Shown one piece after another: positions 1 through 8,881 of a stretch of DNA of 64,000 bases. Under the pieces are notes generated by a model. It had not been told where the DNA came from. It saw only the letters and a list, made by a program, of their open reading frames with translations, and did no database searches. The number at the start of each line of letters is the position of its first letter. Position 1 is the stretch's first letter. The position numbers and the translations under genes are program-made. The DNA is taken from NCBI GenBank assembly GCA_045105515.1, contig JBGCDR010000156.1:32001-96000 (forward strand). Direction: 5' to 3'. Source of the DNA: Oligoflexales bacterium (GTDB lineage: Bacteria > Bdellovibrionota_B > Oligoflexia > Oligoflexales > Bog-1112).

Positions 1-588
1 AATTGAGGTCATGCTTTCCCAAGCCTTAGTGAGATGTTCACTAGCTTTATCCCCTTCAAAATGTTCTATGACATCTGTGTAGGTCAGAAGATAGCTACGG
101 GATGAAGAAGAAATAAGGATATGAGCTTGCATCATTCTTTTATGCTCAAGATCGAACTCTGTATAGTAAAGAACACCCTCTCTTCCATCTTCCATCTTAG
201 TGATCATATGATTACGAACACGGAAATTTTTTACTGATTGAGAGACTTTTGAATACCTCTGAACTATCACCTTCTCAAAGTCTCTACGGGTAATATCATC
301 TATATATTTAGGACCTTTAAAAGCCATAATTTGAATAGTTCGTTGATAACCTAACCCTTCAGAAAAGGGTACCTGCATCAATAAGCTTAGATTTGGATAA
401 TCTGCATGAACTTCCCACCCAAGAGGTGGTAAAATGGAAAAACCTTTCTTCTGATTTACATAGCGCTCACCATTTGCGATTATAAAATTTTTACTCTCAG
501 GTGCTCCAAATACTGTGCCAGTAAAAGCTTGACTTGTAAGCAGAACAAGAAAAAAGAAAACCCGAGTGTTGTAACTAGCCTCAAACAT
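1..588 (-). CDS. Exported protein, PsbP/DcrB-like fold (3' end runs off the window)
   Basis: Not in the ORF track; translated by hand from ATG at 588: MFEASYNTRVFFFLVLLTSQAFTG (signal-like) ... YVNQKKGFSILPPLGWEV ... YLLTYTD. Frame stays open to base 1. The GFSI.PP.GW motif is typical of PsbP-like proteins. Confidence 0.6.
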   Translation of the reverse strand, partial: MFEASYNTRVFFFLVLLTSQAFTGTVFGAPESKNFIIANGERYVNQKKGFSILPPLGWEVHADYPNLSLLMQVPFSEGLGYQRTIQIMAFKGPKYIDDITRRDFEKVIVQRYSKVSQSVKNFRVRNHMITKMEDGREGVLYYTEFDLEHKRMMQAHILISSSSRSYLLTYTDVIEHFEGDKASEHLTKAWESMTSI

Positions 589-605
589 GTGCACACCTAA
601 GTTGC

Positions 606-2066
606 TTAAGATGTCTTTCCATAAACTGCCGATAGATCTTGTTCAATTTCCATGGACCCCCATTCTTTAATGGACTCACGAATAGCATCAAAAGCCAACT
701 CATCCAATTCAAAGACTCCAAACCGAGTAGGATCATCCATGCGTTTTTTGCTACGCCGATCTTTGGACTGCAAAGGCATCTGACCTAGCAATATAGGAAA
801 ATCAAATCTCTTTACTAAATTTAATGCGACTTGAGACCCTTCATATGGGTGCCATACAGGGTCCATAGCAACCTGATAAACAGCTTTCAGTCGCCAAGTA
901 TCGTCATGAATGGGATCATCAACCACAAAGAACACTAAATCAAAGTGACTTAACCTAGTGCTCATTGGCCTGAATAAAACTTGAACCTCATCCTCTGAAG
1001 CACTAGCAAGTTCGAAGGCTCTTCGCTGTGATTGATTCACCAACCAAAATTTATGCTGGACAGTAGAAGCTTCAATAGCTTCTTGCCGGCTCTCAATTTT
1101 GCTCGTTTTTTCTTGCTCTAACTTTTTGTAGAAAACTTCACTTATCGGAAATCCTGATTTCCGATAAGATTCAACAGCCATTTTATAGAATGTACTTGCC
1201 TTTTCCCAATGAAACGAAAATGCGTCATCTTCAGATTTAATAAAGTGGCAGTAAGCTAACTCTGCTAGTACATCTGGATCTTTTGGTTCAAGCGTGTTCA
1301 CATGTTGAAAGCTTTTAATCGCTCCTTTATAATCTTTCAAATTTCTAAGCACATATCCATTTAAATAGGAATATTCGCAATTATTCGGAAATCTCGATTT
1401 CAACTGGTTCGTGTATGTCTTTGCTTCCGCTACTCGATAATCGTCAAGATATAAATAAGCGAAAAATTCATCATGCATAGGTGATTCAGGAAAGAGTTTA
1501 CTGGAATATTTTAGAATAGAAACCAACTCATCTTCACCTTCACATAACAAATAAGCCCTAGCTAGATTGAGCCAATGAAAATAATCATTGAGCTCTTGTT
1601 CGGAGTGCTCAAGATTAAGGTAATATCCTTCTTCTTCTGAGGTAATACGCAGTTGATACCTTTGGATAAACTCTAAACTATAAGGGCATTCAAAGTGTTT
1701 ATCAAGGCATAGAGCAAGAAGCTCGCACGCTTCCCACTCGTCTAACTCTAGATGAACAAGAGCTCGTAACGCTTGCCAAGAAACTTGCTCCTCTTCCTCA
1801 AATCCTCTTTTTAAAAGATGAGCTTTCAGTAGTTTTAATGAATCATAATCCTTCTGCTCACTCAAAACTTCAATCCAAAGCCTATACCACAGAAAAACAT
1901 TGGGGTTTTCCCAATCTTCTGCAAGGAAAGAAGTTACATAATCCAAACACTGACTGTATTCTTGATTCCATAGCAACTGTAAACCTTCCTGATACCTACA
2001 AAACTGCTCATCCTCAAGCAAATACAAACTCGGCTGTTTTTTGAGTAAGTTCAAAACGTCTATCAT
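606..2066 (-). CDS. TPR protein with C-terminal EVE/PUA-like domain
   Basis: TPR helices (YLNGYVLRNLKDYKGAIKSFQHVNTLEPKDPDVLAELAYC). C-terminus FWLV...DLVFFVV...AVYQV...LVKRFDFPILL...GVFELDELAFDAI follows the EVE pattern. Start moved to MIDVLN (AGGA upstream). Confidence 0.65.
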   Translation of the reverse strand: MIDVLNLLKKQPSLYLLEDEQFCRYQEGLQLLWNQEYSQCLDYVTSFLAEDWENPNVFLWYRLWIEVLSEQKDYDSLKLLKAHLLKRGFEEEEQVSWQALRALVHLELDEWEACELLALCLDKHFECPYSLEFIQRYQLRITSEEEGYYLNLEHSEQELNDYFHWLNLARAYLLCEGEDELVSILKYSSKLFPESPMHDEFFAYLYLDDYRVAEAKTYTNQLKSRFPNNCEYSYLNGYVLRNLKDYKGAIKSFQHVNTLEPKDPDVLAELAYCHFIKSEDDAFSFHWEKASTFYKMAVESYRKSGFPISEVFYKKLEQEKTSKIESRQEAIEASTVQHKFWLVNQSQRRAFELASASEDEVQVLFRPMSTRLSHFDLVFFVVDDPIHDDTWRLKAVYQVAMDPVWHPYEGSQVALNLVKRFDFPILLGQMPLQSKDRRSKKRMDDPTRFGVFELDELAFDAIRESIKEWGSMEIEQDLSAVYGKTS

Positions 2067-2104
2067 AATGAGATTCCTATGAGCAAAGCGTGCATTTACC
2101 CAAA

Positions 2105-2132
2105 CCATCGGATTAAAAAAAACAAATCTTTA
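2105..2132 (-). promoter_or_regulatory. sigma28/FliA-like promoter
   Basis: TAAAG-N15-TCCGATGG about 40 nt upstream of the ATG at 2066. Confidence 0.45.
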
Positions 2133-2328
2133 TTAAGAATTAGGGAAAAATTTACCTAGGGAAGACCGTCAATTGGAAAGTGTGGAAATTAGTATACAAA
2201 ATAAGGAAAAAAACGGACGGATCGCCGATTTGAAGAACGACAGCTCAAGACGTGAAAGCGTAGGCTATTCAATATTTGAACTATTATTTAAAGCTTAGTT
2301 GACTACAGTTGGTAAACACGAAGTAAGA

Positions 2329-2742
2329 TTAACTCGCTAAATTGCTCAACTGCTGCTTGATACGTGCAACTTCATCACTTTGTTGCTGCATTGCCCGCTC
2401 AATCTCATCAGTGCGATCGATCAGGATATCTCTCATCTCTTCGTAGCAGTCACCACATATCGGTTGATCTACTGCGGACGGATTAATTTCATTCCATAAG
2501 AGCAATACCGTCCAAGCTTGTTCACTAAACTGTCTTCGTGAACACCTTGATTCTGCATTACAGTTATGACAGGTTCCTAAAACACTTTTTCCTTGTGATT
2601 TGGCTTCGGATTGTACGTCATTTGCCAAAACACTTTTTGAAGCATTTTTAGACTTTTCCCTTTTTGCGGCAGCTGTTCCCATTTGATTACCCCTTTGTGT
2701 TAACCCAACCGTTCTTAGGTCCATGCCTCTAATCCCTGCCAT
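2329..2742 (-). CDS. Small hypothetical protein with putative Zn finger and C-terminal coiled coil
   Basis: CHNC...C...CGDC motifs followed by a charged helix; alternative start at 2724 (MDLRT). Confidence 0.7.
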   Translation of the reverse strand: MAGIRGMDLRTVGLTQRGNQMGTAAAKREKSKNASKSVLANDVQSEAKSQGKSVLGTCHNCNAESRCSRRQFSEQAWTVLLLWNEINPSAVDQPICGDCYEEMRDILIDRTDEIERAMQQQSDEVARIKQQLSNLAS

Positions 2743-2762
2743 CTTTCTGCATATGAATCCCC

Positions 2763-2789
2763 TTATCGGAGACTACACCACCACCTTTA
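2763..2789 (-). promoter_or_regulatory. sigma28/FliA-like promoter
   Basis: TAAAG-N14-TCCGATAA, near-canonical, just upstream of the Zn-finger ORF. Confidence 0.6.
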
Positions 2790-3051
2790 GCCATGCCAAA
2801 ATAGCACATAAAAACAGTGGTATAGATACCAGGTTTTATTACAAGCACCTGTAGCATTCCAGTAGGAATTCTACGAACTACTCTTCTAATTTTCACAAAT
2901 AAGCTCAAACCCATTTTCCACAAACTGAGAGGTATGTCAATTTTTTTTTCAGCCTTCCCCTCAAATTCTGATTCAAAAAATCAGTGGTGAACTCGACAAC
3001 TTGTCGGGTTCAAAAAGAGAAAATCAAAAATTAGGTGATAATAATATAAAT

Positions 3052-5358
3052 TCAATTAGCCTTGAGGTAAGTTTCGCCGTTGAAATAATATTTAAGAAGC
3101 TCTTGCTTAATGTGGTGAGCCCTGAGGCTCTTGCTCTTCGCAGTTAATAAAGGCTTCCAGATGGTCTTAGCTTTACGAACTGAACCATTACGATAATGAA
3201 GTAAACCAGACAGATATTTTGCTTCGAATGAATGATTGTCGCTCGGTAGTTTTTCCAGATAGTATTGGGCTTTTTGTACCATCCCAAGCTTAAGGTAGGC
3301 ATGTGACATGATTACCAAGCTCTTTGGACTTACCTCTCCTTCCATTTCATTGACGACTTTCAGAAATTCAACCCCTTTCTGGAGGTTACTATTTCGCCAA
3401 ACATAGCAATCAGCAAGCTCCACATAAACCGCATTTCTAACATCCTCATCCAGTCCTCCAAGGCTTAGCACCTGCTCGAACCACATGCTGGCGGTTTCTA
3501 GTTGCCACAGCTCCTTACTTAACACTCCCAAGCCCCAATATATCCATGGGCTATCAAAGTTAGTATTTAAGAGCCTTAAAAGGTCATGACAACCGTTGCT
3601 AGCATCAAATTTACTGGCAAATCGAACAAAATAACGGATTGATTTTTCCTTGCTCCCTTCATAAAGTAAAAATAACTTATTTCGTGAATAAACTATATCC
3701 AGTTGATGTTCTTCGAGGAAAAATTTAGTATTTTTAAAAAATTCTTCCCATTCTTTAGGATCATCATCGGTTGAACTCAATTTTTCGAGTACAGTATCAA
3801 TCAATTCGTTTCTGCCAGGATATTTAATATTTATATTCCATATAATCTCGTATGCAAGATAAGACACATTCCAAGGATCAAATTTTAATATTTTTCGCAA
3901 ATATACAATTGCCTGTTCGAAGTCATTAGCCTTAGCAAACTGAAGGGATTTTACCCAGCATAGCTCACAAAAATAGTTAGTTTGACTTTGCTCATCAAAG
4001 CTAAGACTATCAATGATTCGCTTAGATTCATCAACCTCTCCTTGCTCTACTAAAAATGATGCAAACTTCAGAATAGTAAGCTTATTTTTCTGATCAAGTT
4101 CATACATTCTGCGAAAGTGAAGTCCTGCCTTTTCGAAATTTGTAAGATTATAATATACTTCGCCCAAATAGCCGTGTACTTCTGGATCCTCATTATATTT
4201 TGCTAGCAAATGATAAAGTAGAGCCAAAAGTTCTACATGATCACCTTCTTGATCAAGTATCTTTTTTATACGTTCCTTTTCTAAAATATATTCTTCTACT
4301 GGTACTTTGGCAATTTTAAGATTTGTAACTAGTCGACAGAATCGAATATCTGCTACTTCGGGGTTTTGCTCATAAGCATCGTCAAATAATTCTTTAGCTA
4401 ATCTATATTCTCCCATTGATAAAAATTGATTGCCAATTTTTTGAACCATTTCAGGTTTATCACCAGCGATTCTTAAAATCTGTTTATAGACTTTAAATGC
4501 AAGGGGAAAATCGGAAAACTCTTCTAGTGACTTCGCTATGAAATACAATGCTTCTTCTCTAATATCAGGGTCTTCAAGAATTTGTATGGTCTGGAATTCA
4601 GCGTTCTGTCTACAAGAGTTTTCTTTTATGGGATCTTTAGACTTTTTAGCTATTTCAGCAAGCATTAGGTTTTCGTATATTTGAATCTCAACAGGGCACA
4701 CTCCTTTGTTTTCAACCCACCAATCTGACAAACTTTTTATTGCCGATTCAGCTTCTTCATACTCCTGTTTATCAGTAAACTCTTCACTAAGTTTCTTATG
4801 AGTATAAAAATTTCCGTATAAGTTATATGGAGCAAATTTTTCAAACATATAGAAGAAATAGTCACCATTTTTTTGATCCTGATTTCGATAGGAAACTTGA
4901 CTTAGTCCGAAATAAGATGGATACCAATCTGGGTCAAGCTGTAAACTCTGCTTATAACTATATATCGCCCGTTCATAGTTATCCAAAACATCAAGAGAAT
5001 AGCCTACACCATAGTAGGCTGCAGCGGACTCACCATAGATTTCCATTATTTCGGAAAATCTTTGAACTGACTCAGCTGGACTTACTAGCTCTCCCTGCTG
5101 GTCAATCAATGCCAAGCATAATGATCCGACCTCTTCTGACAAATCTCCTTGTTCAACGCTTAATGAATATTGTTTTTTCAAATTTTCTACTTCATTTAAT
5201 TTAGAAGCTAACTCAATACGTCGTAGGTGTACTAGTAAGGATAAACTCCCAGGCTTACTTGCAATTAAATTATCAAGTAATCTCGATGATATTTGATACT
5301 TTTTTACAAAAATGTATTTATTGATGTCTTCCAAACTCTGTTTAAGATTTTTATCCAT
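3052..5358 (-). CDS. Large TPR-repeat protein
   Basis: 768 aa with multiple TPRs (AAYYGVGYSLDVLDNYERAIYSYKQSLQLDPDWYPSYFGLSQV; VHGYLGEVYYNLTNFEKAGLHF); no signal peptide. Confidence 0.8.
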   Translation of the reverse strand: MDKNLKQSLEDINKYIFVKKYQISSRLLDNLIASKPGSLSLLVHLRRIELASKLNEVENLKKQYSLSVEQGDLSEEVGSLCLALIDQQGELVSPAESVQRFSEIMEIYGESAAAYYGVGYSLDVLDNYERAIYSYKQSLQLDPDWYPSYFGLSQVSYRNQDQKNGDYFFYMFEKFAPYNLYGNFYTHKKLSEEFTDKQEYEEAESAIKSLSDWWVENKGVCPVEIQIYENLMLAEIAKKSKDPIKENSCRQNAEFQTIQILEDPDIREEALYFIAKSLEEFSDFPLAFKVYKQILRIAGDKPEMVQKIGNQFLSMGEYRLAKELFDDAYEQNPEVADIRFCRLVTNLKIAKVPVEEYILEKERIKKILDQEGDHVELLALLYHLLAKYNEDPEVHGYLGEVYYNLTNFEKAGLHFRRMYELDQKNKLTILKFASFLVEQGEVDESKRIIDSLSFDEQSQTNYFCELCWVKSLQFAKANDFEQAIVYLRKILKFDPWNVSYLAYEIIWNINIKYPGRNELIDTVLEKLSSTDDDPKEWEEFFKNTKFFLEEHQLDIVYSRNKLFLLYEGSKEKSIRYFVRFASKFDASNGCHDLLRLLNTNFDSPWIYWGLGVLSKELWQLETASMWFEQVLSLGGLDEDVRNAVYVELADCYVWRNSNLQKGVEFLKVVNEMEGEVSPKSLVIMSHAYLKLGMVQKAQYYLEKLPSDNHSFEAKYLSGLLHYRNGSVRKAKTIWKPLLTAKSKSLRAHHIKQELLKYYFNGETYLKAN

Positions 5359-5429
5359 GACCTACAACCTGCAATAAGCATAAAATTTTATCGCTAGCTT
5401 CTCACTTTGCTAGCTTCGAACTCTCCCAA

Positions 5430-5456
5430 CCATCGTCCGGTAATTGCAAGACTAAA
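5430..5456 (-). promoter_or_regulatory. possible sigma28/FliA-like promoter
   Basis: TTTAG-N14-GACGATGG about 70 nt upstream of the TPR gene. Confidence 0.35.
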
Positions 5457-5652
5457 ACATATATTTATTTTTATTTTATAATTTTCTATATTTCAAGGTA
5501 GTTAGACTAAAAAGAAATTTAAATTTTAACAATAATAATAAGAAACTAGACAGCGGGATGTAAACACCGTAATCATTTTGAAATTGAATCACGAGTTCTC
5601 ATATCTTCGTGATTCAATTACAGATATTTCATTACTAACTCAGACCCTAGCA

Positions 5653-6555
5653 TCAATCGTAAAGTGCATCCCAGAATATAGCAAAGGGGCCCACGGAGGG
5701 ATTTCCTGTATACTTTCCCGTTCCAAACAAAAAATTATCTTCTTTAGTATCTACAATATCAACATTAACATTAAGCTCACTCACTAGATTGTCATCCAAA
5801 TCTTTGAGGAATGATGCCGCACCAGAATCGTCTCCCATACGCACAAATGAAAAGGCAGCTAGTGTTTCCCGCCCATAGGATTCAAGACTATGATCCTTTA
5901 TTATCTTTTTGAAGAATTTTTTAACTCTACCAGAGTCGTCTGGAGCACCATCGGTCAATACTAAAACGGTAAAAGGCTCAGACTTTTTCAACAAGCTTTT
6001 TAGACGACGCTTGTACACATCTTCCAAAACTTCTGCTAGCGGTGTTCCTCCAGAGGGGGAATTTTTTGAAAAAAGCTTAGATATACCATTTACATCTCCA
6101 ATCAACTCTGTCTTAAATCCGATTCCACTCCACAGGGTCACCTCTACCTTGTTGTCAATATCAAAGCATAATGCAAGTTCAACAATGCTCTCGGCTGCAA
6201 CTCTCGCTGAATCCCAGCGGGTCCAGCTGGGACTTCTTCTACCTGTAGGATTGTCATCATTGCTACCCATGGACCCACTCCGATCCACAAGAATAAATAT
6301 CTCCCTTGCCGATAATGCTGCTAACCTTTCTTGATCATTTCTCGCTTTTTGGGGATCAGCAACGACTTCTACAAAGTGATCATTGCTCATTTTTTTTTGT
6401 GAACCAATAACCTCTGTAGACAAATCCTCAAGATCTGACGCACGCATCTTACCATTTTGGGTTTTACCATATTTGGTTTTTATAGGTTTTGCTAAACTTA
6501 TCCCAGTCATAAGAATAAGGCTAATAAAAAATATAGAATTTTTGATTTTAGGCAT
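5653..6555 (-). CDS. Secreted vWA-domain protein (paralog 1)
   Basis: Signal peptide; complete MIDAS motif DRSGS...GGTPL...LTDG; ends FWDALYD. Confidence 0.85.
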   Translation of the reverse strand: MPKIKNSIFFISLILMTGISLAKPIKTKYGKTQNGKMRASDLEDLSTEVIGSQKKMSNDHFVEVVADPQKARNDQERLAALSAREIFILVDRSGSMGSNDDNPTGRRSPSWTRWDSARVAAESIVELALCFDIDNKVEVTLWSGIGFKTELIGDVNGISKLFSKNSPSGGTPLAEVLEDVYKRRLKSLLKKSEPFTVLVLTDGAPDDSGRVKKFFKKIIKDHSLESYGRETLAAFSFVRMGDDSGAASFLKDLDDNLVSELNVNVDIVDTKEDNFLFGTGKYTGNPSVGPFAIFWDALYD

Positions 6556-6564
6556 AAAAACTCC

Positions 6565-6596
6565 AAAAAAAAATCCTCCTATAAAAGAGGACTTTT
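6565..6596 (-). terminator. Intrinsic terminator between the vWA paralogs
   Basis: AAAAGTCCTC-TTTTATAG-GAGGA followed by T9 on the minus strand. Confidence 0.55.
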
Positions 6597-6621
6597 CAAT
6601 CTTGTTACGTGAAATTATTAA

Positions 6622-7551
6622 TTAATCGTAAAGAGCATCCCAAAACAAAGCAAAAGGTCCAATTCCTTCTCTGCCACTGTACATACCTGTACCAAATAAG
6701 AAATTATCTTCCTTCGTATCAACAATATCCACATTCACACCAAGCTGGCTAATTAAGTTATCATCTAGATCTTTAAGAAAACTAATGGCTCCTTGGTCAT
6801 CACCCATTCGTACAAACGAAAAGGCAGCTAAAGTTTCTCTTCCAGGTTGTTCTAAATTATTTTCAGTAATTATTCGCTTAAATAAGTTTTTTACTTTTGA
6901 TGGGTCATTAGGTTGACCATCTGTCAAAATAATACAAGTGAACGGTTCTGATTTTCGTAAAAGTTGGGCAAGATGCTTGCTATACACTTCTTCTAAAGCT
7001 TCAGCTAGAGGAGTGCTACCTCTTTCTGGCCGGTTATTTTCAAAAAAATACTTTATATCTGAAACATTCGTCATAGACTCATATTGATGTTGGAGGTTGC
7101 TGTAACGATCACCATCCCACAACATGATATCTACCTTACCATCTTGGTCTAAACTCAATGAAAGCTCTGAAATACTTTCCGCAGCTACTCTTGCAGAGTC
7201 CCACCGAGTCCATTGTTGACCCATTGATTGGCCAGTAGGATTTTCATCTTCTGCATTCATAGAACCACTACGGTCGACCAAAATAAAGACTTCTCTTGCG
7301 GATAATCCTGCAATTTTTTCTTGATCATTTTTAGCCAGCTGAGGATCTTTTACAATATCCTCATAGTGCTCTTGTGACATGTTTGCCTTGGTCTTTTCAA
7401 CATCTCGTGTAAGCTCTTGACGCACAGGCTCAGGCATCTTTCCATTTTTAGTCACACCGTACTTGTTTTTTACTGGCTTGGCCGCAGCAATCCCAGCAAG
7501 AGCCAAGCTTGCAATGCCAACTGCAACAGGGAAACTTCGTAAAACATTCAT
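6622..7551 (-). CDS. Secreted vWA-domain protein (paralog 2)
   Basis: Start MNVLRS with GGAG RBS; signal peptide ending AAA|KP; DRSGS...STPL...LTDG; ends FWDALYD. Confidence 0.85.
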   Translation of the reverse strand: MNVLRSFPVAVGIASLALAGIAAAKPVKNKYGVTKNGKMPEPVRQELTRDVEKTKANMSQEHYEDIVKDPQLAKNDQEKIAGLSAREVFILVDRSGSMNAEDENPTGQSMGQQWTRWDSARVAAESISELSLSLDQDGKVDIMLWDGDRYSNLQHQYESMTNVSDIKYFFENNRPERGSTPLAEALEEVYSKHLAQLLRKSEPFTCIILTDGQPNDPSKVKNLFKRIITENNLEQPGRETLAAFSFVRMGDDQGAISFLKDLDDNLISQLGVNVDIVDTKEDNFLFGTGMYSGREGIGPFALFWDALYD

Positions 7552-7849
7552 GACAGCACTCCATTCCACAGGTGTTGAGTAATCATTTATGTGTACCAAG
7601 GGCCCAGTACCGTAAACACAGATTGTGTTTATGATGGATTTGATTGAATTGCAATTTTTATTTGTTAAAAACTATCAATATTTTTTTTTACTATTATTTT
7701 TCAAGCTCTTAAAAATTAGAACGAGTTTTATTGACTTACCATTAATCAAACTCTTTTATGGTGAACATTAAAATGTGAAGCATTTAAGTTTATACTTTTG
7801 GATATAGATTTTTAATTTCGAATATCTGAAAAATGGAAAAGGTAATCTT

Positions 7850-8881
7850 ATGCCTAGGAATTTTCTCTTAGCTTTTTTTTTAACCATACACTTTTCTTGC
7901 ACTGCAACACACAACCCTTCATTTCAAGAAGCGGTTAGCAGAGTTGGGAATAATTTACAAACAAAAATCCTAAGGGAGTATTTCGAAACAAAGGGAATTC
8001 CAAGTTCAATGACTCCTAAAATGAGCCTTGTTAGATCCTATGAACAAGAATTTATTTCATCCCAAATGATCAACCTAGAGATACAGGGTCAGCCACTAAT
8101 TTTTGATATGGGATATAAAATTGAAGCTTTAATTCTCAAGCCTTCGCGAGATCAGAGTTTTCTTGAAAAGATGAAAGTAATATTTCCTTTCTTCAAACAA
8201 GATCAAACCGCAACTTTATGTCTCTATAAGAATTATCTAAAAGCTAAATATCTCAATGCTGAATCTATTAATTTATTTGGATCTCCTGTAAGAACCGATG
8301 CTGAGCTAGAGAGCCTAAGTAGTATATATCTGACTTCTGACTTGTTATCGATAGGAGATCCTGACGCTCCTGATCTTCACATGCATTCCTGCTATTTAAA
8401 ATACCAAAATGGCTACCAACAAGCTGCTCGCCAGGCTCTGCTCGATTATGAAGCTAATCTGTCTCTAGCTTTTCCAAGTCAGTCATGTTTATTACCGAAT
8501 TCTCGATTGAGACTTCGTGACAAAATTATGAGGGAAAATGGGGACCCATCTTGTTCGGCATGGTTTAGACAACTAAGGATCTCCGAAAAGCAGCAAGCTG
8601 TTCCACGATGCCTTCCCTTGGATCACTCAAACACCAAGCTTGGACTTTGTAGGCTTAGAGCCAGGGCAAACACTCCCGTTCCTTTTTTTCTCGATGAAAG
8701 AGGTTCCTTAAGCGTTTATAAATCAGGAAGGCTTATTATGAATATGACATCCCCATCGGTTGTTCAGTACCTATGCGATGAATCCCTAGGCTCTATGGAA
8801 AAAATTAAGAAGAATGGTGGCTGGTTTCGCTACTTTCAGGTAGAGTGCGAACCACCAAAAGCTGCGATAGATCATTTTTAA
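7850..8881 (+). CDS. Hypothetical exported Cys-rich protein, possible lipoprotein
   Basis: 343 aa; hydrophobic N-terminus ending FSC; many Cys in the C-terminal half. Confidence 0.6.
   Translation: MPRNFLLAFFLTIHFSCTATHNPSFQEAVSRVGNNLQTKILREYFETKGIPSSMTPKMSLVRSYEQEFISSQMINLEIQGQPLIFDMGYKIEALILKPSRDQSFLEKMKVIFPFFKQDQTATLCLYKNYLKAKYLNAESINLFGSPVRTDAELESLSSIYLTSDLLSIGDPDAPDLHMHSCYLKYQNGYQQAARQALLDYEANLSLAFPSQSCLLPNSRLRLRDKIMRENGDPSCSAWFRQLRISEKQQAVPRCLPLDHSNTKLGLCRLRARANTPVPFFLDERGSLSVYKSGRLIMNMTSPSVVQYLCDESLGSMEKIKKNGGWFRYFQVECEPPKAAIDHF

Noticed and set aside
2729..2923. 64-aa ORF upstream of the Zn-finger gene
   Set aside because: No motif or clear RBS, and it overlaps the putative promoter; probably spurious
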